The position numbers and the translations under genes are program-made. 34,570 nt of DNA from Synergistaceae bacterium (lineage in GTDB: Bacteria > Synergistota > Synergistia > Synergistales > Aminobacteriaceae). This document shows, piece after piece, positions 1-9,056 of this stretch. The notes below the pieces were generated by a model. That model was not told the DNA's origin and searched no databases. It worked only from the letters and a program-made list of their open reading frames with translations. The first letter of the stretch is position 1; every line of letters begins with the position of its first letter. Where the stretch lies: assembly GCA_017394925.1 (NCBI GenBank), contig JAFPWQ010000058.1, forward strand, positions 1 to 34,570. Reading direction: 5' to 3'.

Positions 1-118
1 CATCGCACATCGCACATCGCACATCGCACATCGCACATCGCACATCGCACATCGCACATCGCACATCGCACATCGCACATCGCACATCGCACATCGCACA
101 TCGCACATCGCACATCGC
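1..118. repeat. Perfect heptanucleotide tandem repeat (CATCGCA)n: 16 full copies plus a 6/7 partial copy, running off the left window edge
   Basis: Read directly. The unit CATCGCA repeats without mismatch over 1-112, and copy 17 (113-118) is followed by C instead of A. The unit length of 7 is not a multiple of 3. There is no stop codon in any of the six frames, so coding status cannot be decided from this window. Confidence 0.95.
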
Positions 119-177
119 CTTAATTATTTCCTTTTAGCAGACAAAATTTTTCTTCGTGAGTCATCTTCCTTCGTTAC

Positions 178-213
178 GATTCATTCTTCTATTCATTCTT
201 CGATTCATTCAAT
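178..213 (+). repeat. Three tandem 12-bp direct repeats (GATTCATTCTTC / TATTCATTCTTC / GATTCATTCAAT) abutting the Shine-Dalgarno sequence of the MBOAT gene
   Basis: Read directly at 178-189, 190-201 and 202-213. GGAGG follows at 214-218 and the ATG is at 226. Confidence 0.85.
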
Positions 214-225
214 GGAGGAAGCGTG

Positions 226-1599
226 ATGTTATTCAATTCTTACGGATTCATTTTCGTTTTTCTTCCTGTTGTCTTAGCCGGTTATTTCAGAATCACGAAC
301 TGCACACTCTCTTCACTCTGGCTTCTCGTGTCGTCATTAATATTCTATTCAATGCTGAGTGTGAATTATCTTCCTGTTCTGATTATTTCAGTATGCATGA
401 ATTACTTTGTGAGCAGAAGAATCGAATCAGGACATGCAAAAAGATTATGGCTCATGCTGGGAATAGCTTTCAATTTCATTATGCTTGGATATTTCAAGTT
501 CACGGGAACATTGCCGCCTGGAATATCATTCTTTACGTTCACGCAGACAGCATATATCGTGTGTGTCTTCAAGGGCAGCGCAAAAACAGAATCATTCATG
601 AAGTATTCAGAGTATGCCGCATTCTTTCCGTATGTAATATCTGGCCCTATTTCAGATTACAGAGATATAATGCCTCAGCTCAAAGACGAATCGAAACGCA
701 GAGTAAACTATGATAATCTTGCATTAGGAATAACGCTTTTCATTCTTGGACTCTTCAAGAAAGTATATATTGCCGACGGTCTTGCACCTGTTGTGAATAA
801 TCTTTTTGCGAATTCAGGAGGGCTTACGTTCTTTGAGGCATGGTTTGCGGCTCTCAGTTACTCAATGCAGTTATATTTTGATTTCTCAGGGTATTCTGAC
901 ATGGCCGTAGCTATAGCTCTTATGTTCAACATAAAACTTCCCGTAAATTTCGATTCACCGTATAAATCCCTTAGCATTATAGACTTCTGGAGACGCTGGC
1001 ATATTTCACTTGGGAAATGGATTCGTGATTACGTGTATATTCCTTTGGGAGGCAGCCGTGAAGGTGAAGTGAAGAAAATCCGCAATGTGATTCTTGCAAT
1101 GCTGTTTACGGGGTTATGGCACGGAGTCGGATTCACATTTATATTATGGGGATTGCTTCACGGACTCATGCTTGCGGTCAATCATCAGTGGCGGAGGCTG
1201 AATGTGAAAATTCCTTCTCTGCTCTCATGGTTCATAACGTTCATATGCGTAGTGTCATGCTGGATCATATTCAGGTCTGAGAGCGTGAATGATGCAGTGA
1301 ATATTCTTGCGGCCATGTTCGATGTCAGGAATATAGTTCTGCCTGAGAAGCTCATCAGGTATGCAGGATTTCTTAAAGCATACGGCATTACGTTTGGGAA
1401 TTTTCTGATGAACAATACAGCTAAAAATTTTGCGTTCCTTCTGGTTATATTCGTTATGTCTGTCTTATTTCCGAATACTAATCAGATAATATCGCGCTTT
1501 AAACCCAGAATAATTTATGCAGTTCTGATTTTCATTATAGCTGTGATGTCCATGATGAAATTTTCGGGCATATCGGACTTTCTTTATTTCCAGTTCTGA
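226..1599 (+). CDS. MBOAT-family membrane O-acyltransferase (AlgI/DltB/PatA-like)
   Basis: Polytopic membrane ORF with the MBOAT signature DFWRRWHISLGKWIRDYVYIPLGG and the conserved-His region LWHG. The ORF track starts at GTG 223. ATG 226 has better spacing (7 nt) from GGAGG at 214-218. Confidence 0.85.
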   Translation: MLFNSYGFIFVFLPVVLAGYFRITNCTLSSLWLLVSSLIFYSMLSVNYLPVLIISVCMNYFVSRRIESGHAKRLWLMLGIAFNFIMLGYFKFTGTLPPGISFFTFTQTAYIVCVFKGSAKTESFMKYSEYAAFFPYVISGPISDYRDIMPQLKDESKRRVNYDNLALGITLFILGLFKKVYIADGLAPVVNNLFANSGGLTFFEAWFAALSYSMQLYFDFSGYSDMAVAIALMFNIKLPVNFDSPYKSLSIIDFWRRWHISLGKWIRDYVYIPLGGSREGEVKKIRNVILAMLFTGLWHGVGFTFILWGLLHGLMLAVNHQWRRLNVKIPSLLSWFITFICVVSCWIIFRSESVNDAVNILAAMFDVRNIVLPEKLIRYAGFLKAYGITFGNFLMNNTAKNFAFLLVIFVMSVLFPNTNQIISRFKPRIIYAVLIFIIAVMSMMKFSGISDFLYFQF

Positions 1600-1612
1600 G
1601 AGGTGAAGCATA

Positions 1613-2683
1613 ATGAGTTCAAGAAAGTATGTTATATGCGTAACGTCATTGCTGTATGTGTTTATAATTCTGAATTTCACACTGTGGCACTGTATCACCA
1701 GACAGGCATTTGCTCAGAAAGATCTTAATCGTCTGGGCACTCTCATAAGCACAGAGTCTTTAACTCAGAATGTGAAATATTCAAAGCATCACACAGAATT
1801 CAAAGACTATATATCATCAGGTATGAAAGAATCATTTGATGTAATTACTATCGGTGATTCATTCTCTAACGGAGGAGGTTATACTTACTATCAGGATTAT
1901 CTTGAAGATAAATACGGAATTAAATGCCTGAACGTTCGCTTTGTTTACAATTGTCTTGATGACTTATACATTCTCATTAACTCAGGTATGCTTGATAAAA
2001 TTAACCCCAAAGTTGTTATCCTTGAGAGCGTAGAGCGTTCTGTACAGGGCAGTCTTGGAATTAATAAAATAGATTCAGAATCAATTTCTGGTCAAAAGGC
2101 AAATAATTTCATGCACAGAAAAAATGAACAGAAAAAATTGAGGGCTTTATCTTCTGGTATCTTTTCTTCTTTAACTGTACAGGCCAATATGGACTTAATA
2201 TATAACAAGCTGTATCACATAGTGAATAACGAACGCTTAAGCCCCGAAGTATATATCACTGAGCTTAACCGAAACGTCTTCACAAATCCGGGATATGAAC
2301 ATACATTGCTTCATTATTACTTTGATTTGAACTATATGACTGCTCCCGTAAACGCAGAGACAGTAAACATGAATCTGAACAATGCCGCAAGAATTCTACG
2401 TGAAAAAGGCATCATGCTTATATTCATGCCGTGTGCTGATAAATATGATTTGTATTATCCTTATGTCATCAATCATAATGGCAGACCAGAAAATAATTTT
2501 TTCCCTGAGATGCGCAGAGTTTCGCCGAAAGAGTATGTATTCATAGACACGATGAAGATATTACGTGATGCACTTGAACGCGGCGAACAGGACATATATT
2601 GGTTCGGGGATACGCACTGGTCATGGAAGGGTGCGGAGCTTGTATGCGATGAGCTTGTGAAATATTTTGACTGGTTGAATTAA
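1613..2683 (+). CDS. AlgJ/AlgX/PatB-like SGNH-fold O-acetyltransferase partner (DHHW-type protein)
   Basis: N-terminal membrane anchor, an SGNH block I motif (ITIGDSFSNGGG) and a C-terminal GDTHWSWKG motif (Asp/His block V, the D-x-H-W signature of AlgJ-like proteins). It starts 14 nt after the MBOAT stop, with a GAGGTGA RBS. Confidence 0.7.
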   Translation: MSSRKYVICVTSLLYVFIILNFTLWHCITRQAFAQKDLNRLGTLISTESLTQNVKYSKHHTEFKDYISSGMKESFDVITIGDSFSNGGGYTYYQDYLEDKYGIKCLNVRFVYNCLDDLYILINSGMLDKINPKVVILESVERSVQGSLGINKIDSESISGQKANNFMHRKNEQKKLRALSSGIFSSLTVQANMDLIYNKLYHIVNNERLSPEVYITELNRNVFTNPGYEHTLLHYYFDLNYMTAPVNAETVNMNLNNAARILREKGIMLIFMPCADKYDLYYPYVINHNGRPENNFFPEMRRVSPKEYVFIDTMKILRDALERGEQDIYWFGDTHWSWKGAELVCDELVKYFDWLN

Positions 2684-2761
2684 GCGTGATAATTACGATA
2701 AAATTTAAGCACGTAATTTTCAATCTCAAATTTAAACTTCACAAAGGAGGTAATTAGTTTT

Positions 2762-4693
2762 ATGGCCGGCAATATAAGACATGGAGTTTCACCGATAACT
2801 GACTACGATATATACATGTTCAAGCAGGGAACGCATTACAGGCTCTATGAGAAGATGGGAGCACAGAAATTTGTTGACGAGTCCGACGGAGCAGAAGGTG
2901 TAGCATTCAGTGTATGGGCACCCAATGCGCAGGAAGTCAGCGTGATCGGAAATTTCAACGACTGGAATCCCGGAGCACATCCGTTAGCTGCACGCTGGGA
3001 CGGTTCAGGAATATGGGAGGGATTTATTCCTGGCCTCAAGAAATGGGAGCTGTATAAATTCCACATCAAGAACTCACACGGCGAATACAAAGACAAAATG
3101 GATCCGTTTTCGCGACTCTTTGAAGTTCCTCCGAGAACATCATCAATAACTCACTGGCCCGAATACGAATGGGGAGATTCAGAATGGCTTGCAAGACGCG
3201 GTGAAAGAATGAACATGTCAGCACCGTTAAGCGTCTATGAGGTTCATATGGGTTCATGGAGACGGCACTGGGACGACGGACTCTCGCTTTCGTACAGAGA
3301 AATGGCCGAAGAACTTCCAGATTACTGCGCAGACATGGGATTCAATGCCGTAGAATTCCTGCCCGTAATGGAACATCCGTTTTATGGCTCATGGGGCTAT
3401 CAGACACTGGGATATTTTGCGCCGACATGCAGATACGGAACGCCTGAAGACCTGATGAAGTTGATCGATGAACTTCACAAGAGAGATATTGCAGTCATAC
3501 TTGATTTCGTTCCCAGTCATTTCCCGACTGATGACTTCGGACTCGCACGCTATGACGGCACAGCATTATACGAGCATGAAGACCCCCGCAAGGGTTATCA
3601 TCCTGACTGGGGCAGCTACATCTTCAATTACGGACGCAATGAAGTACGCAGCTTCTTAATCTCAAGTGCGGCATTCTGGGTTGACCAGTATCATGCTGAC
3701 GGATTACGAATCGATGCGGTAGCCTCAATGTTATATCTCGATTACTCACGCAGAAACGGCGAATGGATTCCGAACATTTACGGCGGACGTGAAAACCTCG
3801 AAGCGATTTCATTATTGCGCGACATGAACAGCGAATTATTCGGACGTTTCCAGACGATTCAGACAGTCGCAGAAGAAAGTACAGACTGGCCGATGGTAAC
3901 TCGTCCTGTATTTTTGGGCGGCTTAGGTTTCGGAATGAAATGGAATATGGGCTGGATGCATGACACGTTAGACTACATGAGTCTTGAGCCTATTTATCGT
4001 TCATGGCATCAGAATCAATTAACGTTCTCAATCTGGTATGCGTTCAGTGAGAACTTCATGCTGCCGTTATCGCATGACGAAGTAGTTCACGGAAAAGGCT
4101 CGCTCATCAACAAGATGCCCGGCGACTGGTGGCAGAAACGCGCGAATCTGAGACTGCTTTACGGTTACATGTGGGCTCATCCTGGCAAAAAATTATTGTT
4201 CATGGGCGGAGAGTTTGCGCAGGGCCTCGAATGGAATCATGATTCGGCACTCGAATGGCATTTGCTTCAGAAAGATGATTTCAAAGGGATTCAGAACTGG
4301 GTACGCGATTTGAATCACGCACTGAAAGAATACGCTCCTCTTCATGAACTTGATTTCACGCCTGACGGATTCAAATGGATTGACTGTTCAGACTGGCATC
4401 AGAGCGTCATTGTCTGGTTACGCAAGGGCAAAAGCAACGACGAATATATTCTTTGCGCCGCGAACTTTACACCTGTTCCGAGATACGGCTATCGAATCGG
4501 AGTCCCACGTTCGGGATTCTGGAAGGAGATTCTGAATTCCGATTCAGTGAAGTACGGCGGAGGCGGCATAGGCAACTGCGGAGGCATGGAGTCAGATATG
4601 ATTGAGAGTCATGGCTACCCGTATTCATTGCCCTTAACACTTCCTCCTCTGGCAATCGTGATGTTCCATTTCAGCACTAAGAACGAACAGTAA
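2762..4693 (+). CDS. glgB: 1,4-alpha-glucan branching enzyme
   Basis: 643 aa. It has GH13 catalytic motifs (DGLRIDAVASM, EESTDWP, LSHDEVVHGKGS) and the N-terminal carbohydrate-binding region typical of GlgB. AAAGGAGG RBS at 2744-2751. Confidence 0.93.
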   Translation: MAGNIRHGVSPITDYDIYMFKQGTHYRLYEKMGAQKFVDESDGAEGVAFSVWAPNAQEVSVIGNFNDWNPGAHPLAARWDGSGIWEGFIPGLKKWELYKFHIKNSHGEYKDKMDPFSRLFEVPPRTSSITHWPEYEWGDSEWLARRGERMNMSAPLSVYEVHMGSWRRHWDDGLSLSYREMAEELPDYCADMGFNAVEFLPVMEHPFYGSWGYQTLGYFAPTCRYGTPEDLMKLIDELHKRDIAVILDFVPSHFPTDDFGLARYDGTALYEHEDPRKGYHPDWGSYIFNYGRNEVRSFLISSAAFWVDQYHADGLRIDAVASMLYLDYSRRNGEWIPNIYGGRENLEAISLLRDMNSELFGRFQTIQTVAEESTDWPMVTRPVFLGGLGFGMKWNMGWMHDTLDYMSLEPIYRSWHQNQLTFSIWYAFSENFMLPLSHDEVVHGKGSLINKMPGDWWQKRANLRLLYGYMWAHPGKKLLFMGGEFAQGLEWNHDSALEWHLLQKDDFKGIQNWVRDLNHALKEYAPLHELDFTPDGFKWIDCSDWHQSVIVWLRKGKSNDEYILCAANFTPVPRYGYRIGVPRSGFWKEILNSDSVKYGGGGIGNCGGMESDMIESHGYPYSLPLTLPPLAIVMFHFSTKNEQ

Positions 4694-4702
4694 TAAAATT
4701 TT

Positions 4703-4740
4703 TCCCCCTTGCTGAAACGGTGAGGGGGATTTTTTTTTTT
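4703..4740 (+). terminator. Rho-independent terminator after glgB
   Basis: Stem TCCCCCT (4703-4709) pairs with AGGGGGA (4723-4729), followed by an 11-T run at 4730-4740. Confidence 0.85.
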
Positions 4741-4813
4741 CACAGACTGCAAGACAAAACAGCTCCGTAAAACTATAATCACACGTATAAACTTTTCACA
4801 AGGAGCTGACTAT

Positions 4814-5968
4814 ATGAAACACTTCATTAAAATTTTCATCGGCATTATCATACTCGCAGCTGTATGCTACGGATTAAACACGTTCAGGCAGCAAAGAGAA
4901 TCAGAACCAGAACCCGAAATCATAAGACCCGTAAGGACTATAATACTTCAGGGCGGAAATGATTCGATGACACGAAGATATTTCGGAACTGTTCAGGGAG
5001 GAAAGAGAGCAGATTTATCTTTCAGGGTATCGGGAACACTCAACAAGATAAACGTTGAGAAGGGAGCAGCCGTTAAGAGAGGAACATTGCTTGCAACGTT
5101 AGACCCGAGAGATTTCAATACACGAATCGCTCAGGCACAAAGCGCATTGTCTCAGGCAGAAGCACAGCATAAAAATGTTCAGGCAGATTTCAGACGCTAT
5201 GAGAATCTCTACAAGCAAAGGGCAATATCGAAATCACAGTATGATGCATACAAAACGCAGGTTGATGTCGCAAGATCAAATGTGAATTCAGCAAGCGCGA
5301 ATCTGAAATCAGCACGTGATGCCTTACGTGATACTGAACTCCGCGCACCGTTCGAAGGAATTATCGCAGACAGAAAGATTGAAAACTTTCAGGACGTAAC
5401 AGCAAAGCAGACGATATTCTCACTTCAGGATTTGAGCACTCTTGAGATAGTCTTCAACATTCCGGATAACGATGTTCTGCTTGCACCAGTCCCGAACGTT
5501 AAGAGCCTCAGTGAATTACGTAACGCCTCAGAATTTTTCAGAATGAACGCGCGTTTTGAGGCCATGCCCGAACAAACATTTCCGCTTTCACTCAAGGAGA
5601 TTGCAACTCAGGCTACAGCCGCTAACACATATCCAGTTACCGCCACGATGCCAAGACAGAATGACCTTCGCATACTTCCGGGAATGGCAGTTACAGTTGA
5701 AGTTGATTTCTCAGATGAGAATGCGAAAACTGATTCGCTCAGCAAATATTCAGTGCCTTTAACCGCAATTCTGAATCAGGACGGCAAAACTTATGTCTGG
5801 AGATTCAATAACGGCAGCGTGTCTAAAATTCCAGTTAATGCAGGAACTATTCATAACGATGCGTTAATTGAAATAGACGGTGCAGATTTGCATAACGGTG
5901 ATGTGATTATCACTGCGGGCGTTTATTTCCTTCGTGAAGGTCAGCACGTCAGAATTATGGAGGAGTAA
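4814..5968 (+). CDS. Efflux RND transporter periplasmic adaptor subunit (MFP/HlyD family)
   Basis: N-terminal anchor, a lipoyl-like motif (VSGTLNKINVEKGAAVKRGTLLATLDPRD), a coiled-coil hairpin and ELRAPFEGIIA. AAGGAG RBS. It lies directly upstream of an RND permease. Confidence 0.88.
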   Translation: MKHFIKIFIGIIILAAVCYGLNTFRQQRESEPEPEIIRPVRTIILQGGNDSMTRRYFGTVQGGKRADLSFRVSGTLNKINVEKGAAVKRGTLLATLDPRDFNTRIAQAQSALSQAEAQHKNVQADFRRYENLYKQRAISKSQYDAYKTQVDVARSNVNSASANLKSARDALRDTELRAPFEGIIADRKIENFQDVTAKQTIFSLQDLSTLEIVFNIPDNDVLLAPVPNVKSLSELRNASEFFRMNARFEAMPEQTFPLSLKEIATQATAANTYPVTATMPRQNDLRILPGMAVTVEVDFSDENAKTDSLSKYSVPLTAILNQDGKTYVWRFNNGSVSKIPVNAGTIHNDALIEIDGADLHNGDVIITAGVYFLREGQHVRIMEE

Positions 5969-5971
5969 TTC

Positions 5972-8900
5972 ATGGACACCGCAAGAGCAAGCATAAAACG
6001 ATTCAGAGTCGTATTGTTCATATGCGTTTTAACACTCGTAGGCGGTATCATGGCCTATGTCGAGATCGGCAAGCTCGAAGATCCTTCATTCACGATTAAG
6101 ACGGCAGTAGTGAGTGCATTATATCCCGGTGCAAGCGCATATGAAGTTGAGCAGGAAGTAACATCAAGAATCGAAGATGCTATTCAGGCAATGGGAGAAA
6201 TAAAGCACATACGTTCACGTTCAACGCCGGGCATGTCAATCATATACGTTGATATTAAGGACGAATACACATCGAAAGAGCTTCCGCAGGTGTGGGACAA
6301 GTTAAGGCAGAAGGTCAACGATGCACAAGTATATATGCCATCAGGGACAACGATAATCATCAATAACGATTTCGGAGAAGTCTACGGTCAGTATTACTCG
6401 CTTGTCGGGGACGGCTACACAATGAAAGAATTATATGACTATGCAGATTTCCTGAAGAAGAATCTAGTTTTAGTTGATGAAGTTGCGAGCGTAAAAATTC
6501 TCGGAGAACAGACAGAAGGAATTTATATTGAGTTCTCAGCCTCACGAATGAACGCACTCGGCATATCTCCGTTGATTGTCTTCGCGGCTCTGACACAGCA
6601 GAATACTCTCACTGAGACCGGCAATATCACCTTAGGCGACAGATATATACGCATATCACCGACGAGCGCAATATTATCTGTTGAGGACATAAGCGATTTA
6701 GTGATAGGGAGTTCGGGAGGAAATTTAACGCGCTTACGTGATGTTGCAACAGTCAGACGTGATTATGTTGACCCTCAGACATTCAAGCTCAAATTCAATA
6801 ACCGTCCTGCACTCGCAATCGGAATCTCAACAGTTGAGGGCGGAAATGTCGTTAATATGGGCCGTGCAGTGTCGAAGAGACTTAAAGAGCTTGAAGCATT
6901 TCGTCCTGTTGGGATTGAGCTTAACGAGATATATATGCAGTCAGAACAGGTTGTGAAATCCACGAATGACTTCATCATAAATCTTGTCGAAAGCCTTGCA
7001 ATTGTCGTAGGCGTTCTCTTAATCTTCATGGGATTACGTTCGGGATTAATCATCGGTCTCGTGCTGCTTATCACAGTTGCAGGGACATTCGCGATCATGA
7101 ACTGGATGAACATAACACTTCAGATAGTATCACTTGCGGCATTGATTATTGCGCTGGGTTCACTTGTCGACAACGGGATAGTCGTAGCAGAAGGAATGCT
7201 TGTAGGAACGGAACGCGGAATGTCAATCGAAGACGCAGCGAGCGAATCAGTTGAGGGCTCTAAATGGGCCATGCTGGGCGGAACTTTTATCGCCGTAATG
7301 GCATTTGCTCCCGTCGGACTGTCAAACGTACAGGCCGGTGAATTTCTGCGTTCACTCTTTCAGGTCGTAGCAATCTCAATGTTCTTAAGCTGGTTTGCGG
7401 CATTAATCCTTGCGCCCGTTCTGGGAAAAGTTATGCTCAAGCCCTCAAAGCATGAAGGAGATCCTTACGACACATTTTTATTCAGGACTTACAGAGCGAT
7501 ACTTGAAGGCTGTTTGCGTAACAGGACATTGACGGTCATAATCGTGATTGCAATGTTCGGAGCTTCAATGTATATCTTCTCGACTATGCCGACATCATTC
7601 TTCCCTGATGCCGAGACCGTATATTTCAACGTTGATTTGTGGAGTCCCGAAGGAACATCGCTTGCTGGTCAGGAGAAGGTAACGCAGGAGCTCGTAGATT
7701 ATATTTCATCACAGCCCGAAGTGAAAAATGTCTCACAGTTCATAGGCGGAGGAGGATTAAGATTCATGCTTACGTATTCGCCTCCTGAAAACAATACTGC
7801 ATTCTCTCAGTTAATGATTGAGATGAAAGACGGAAAAGATACGCGGCCTATGCTGCTTAAGACACAGGCATATATTGATGAACAGATGCCCTCGCTTGAA
7901 GGCTATTGCAGATTATTCGCACGGGGAAGCGGAATGAGTGAGAAAATCGGCGTGAGATTTTACGGTGAAGACCCTCACACGCTGAGACGCATAGCAAATC
8001 AGGCACTGCGAATCATGGAAGAAGACCCCTCAGCAAAATTCGTTCGTGATAACTGGCGTGAACCTGTTGAAGTGATTCGTCCTCATATCCTGAAGGATCA
8101 GATGCAAAGTCTTGGGCTTGGACGGCCGTTAATCAATCTTGCAATGCAGACAGCAACAACGGGTTATCCAATCGGGGCATTCAGGGACGGGGATAAATCG
8201 CTGGCAATATACGCCGCTTTCAAACCAGAGGAACGAAATAACATTGAGCTTCTGAGTTCTATGCCGGTATGGTCTCCTGCCGCAAATAAATCTGTGCCGT
8301 TGGGTACAGTCTTCTCGAATCTTGAGACCGCCTTTGAAGATAATATTATCATGCGCAGGGACAGAAGCAGATATATCTCTGCAATGAGCGAGGTAAAACT
8401 CGGAACTAATGCCGATGCCATGATTGCACGCATAAAGCCCAAAATCGAAGCTATAGACTTGCCATTGGGATATACGCTTGAATGGGGCGGAGAGCATGAA
8501 CTCTCTGATGAATCACTTGCGGGAATGGCTGTAGCTTTTCCTGCCGCAATATTAATCATGTTCATCATAATGGTATTTTTATTCAACGGATTCAGACAGA
8601 CGATAATAATTTTTCTTTCATTGCCGCTAATCTTAATCGGTGTTGTCGGAGGCTTATGGCTTGCAGGTATGGACGTGAGCTTTATGGCAATCGTAGGTCT
8701 GTTATCACTCGTGGGAATGCTGGCGAAGAATTCAATCGTTTTGCTTGACCAGGTGAGCGCAGATTTTGCCGCAGGACGTGATAAGTATGAATCAATCGTA
8801 GAAGACGGTATAGCGCGATTAAGACCGGTTGCAATGTCAGCACTAACTACAGTTCTGGGAATGCTGCCGTTAATCTGGGATGTTATGTTCGGTCCGATGG

Positions 8901-9013
8901 CCGTTACTATCATGGCCGGTCTCACAGTGAGTACGATATTAACTCTTCTGGTTATTCCTGTTATGACTGCAATAGCATATAACGTTAAATGTCCTGAACC
9001 TGAAGACGCATAA
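5972..9013 (+). CDS. Efflux RND transporter permease (AcrB/HAE family)
   Basis: 1013 aa with a 12-TM, two-large-loop architecture and a typical RND N-terminus. The ATG lies 3 nt after the adaptor stop. Confidence 0.92.
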   Translation: MDTARASIKRFRVVLFICVLTLVGGIMAYVEIGKLEDPSFTIKTAVVSALYPGASAYEVEQEVTSRIEDAIQAMGEIKHIRSRSTPGMSIIYVDIKDEYTSKELPQVWDKLRQKVNDAQVYMPSGTTIIINNDFGEVYGQYYSLVGDGYTMKELYDYADFLKKNLVLVDEVASVKILGEQTEGIYIEFSASRMNALGISPLIVFAALTQQNTLTETGNITLGDRYIRISPTSAILSVEDISDLVIGSSGGNLTRLRDVATVRRDYVDPQTFKLKFNNRPALAIGISTVEGGNVVNMGRAVSKRLKELEAFRPVGIELNEIYMQSEQVVKSTNDFIINLVESLAIVVGVLLIFMGLRSGLIIGLVLLITVAGTFAIMNWMNITLQIVSLAALIIALGSLVDNGIVVAEGMLVGTERGMSIEDAASESVEGSKWAMLGGTFIAVMAFAPVGLSNVQAGEFLRSLFQVVAISMFLSWFAALILAPVLGKVMLKPSKHEGDPYDTFLFRTYRAILEGCLRNRTLTVIIVIAMFGASMYIFSTMPTSFFPDAETVYFNVDLWSPEGTSLAGQEKVTQELVDYISSQPEVKNVSQFIGGGGLRFMLTYSPPENNTAFSQLMIEMKDGKDTRPMLLKTQAYIDEQMPSLEGYCRLFARGSGMSEKIGVRFYGEDPHTLRRIANQALRIMEEDPSAKFVRDNWREPVEVIRPHILKDQMQSLGLGRPLINLAMQTATTGYPIGAFRDGDKSLAIYAAFKPEERNNIELLSSMPVWSPAANKSVPLGTVFSNLETAFEDNIIMRRDRSRYISAMSEVKLGTNADAMIARIKPKIEAIDLPLGYTLEWGGEHELSDESLAGMAVAFPAAILIMFIIMVFLFNGFRQTIIIFLSLPLILIGVVGGLWLAGMDVSFMAIVGLLSLVGMLAKNSIVLLDQVSADFAAGRDKYESIVEDGIARLRPVAMSALTTVLGMLPLIWDVMFGPMAVTIMAGLTVSTILTLLVIPVMTAIAYNVKCPEPEDA

Positions 9014-9015
9014 AA

Positions 9016-9048
9016 GAGAGGGGTATTTCTGCCCCTTCTTTTTTTTTT
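9016..9048. terminator. Terminator hairpin between the convergent RND permease and binding-protein genes
   Basis: AGGGG (9019-9023) pairs with CCCCT (9032-9036), followed by a T10 run at 9039-9048. The U-tract on the opposite strand is weaker. Confidence 0.75.
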
Positions 9049-9056
9049 CACTTAAC

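Noticed and set aside
1-118. CRISPR array
   Set aside because: The array is a spacer-less 7-bp microsatellite. No 25-40-bp repeats separated by unique spacers occur anywhere in the window.
156-713. 185-aa plus-strand ORF overlapping the 5' part of the MBOAT gene in another frame
   Set aside because: It lies entirely inside or overlapping a well-supported MBOAT coding frame. Its Cys/Arg/Phe-rich composition looks like an off-frame translation, and it has no RBS.
4780-4800. Shared ACGT(GT)ATAAAC motif upstream of the RND operon (about 4784-4794) and of the coiled-coil gene (about 18234-18246)
   Set aside because: There are only two short, imperfect occurrences in AT-rich intergenic DNA. That is insufficient to call a regulatory site without genome-wide enrichment.
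8164-9051. 295-aa minus-strand ORF (with a further 122-aa ORF at 8129-8497) antisense to the RND permease
   Set aside because: It is antisense to a 1013-aa gene with clear RND features. Long antisense ORFs are common opposite membrane-protein genes, and it has no independent signals.
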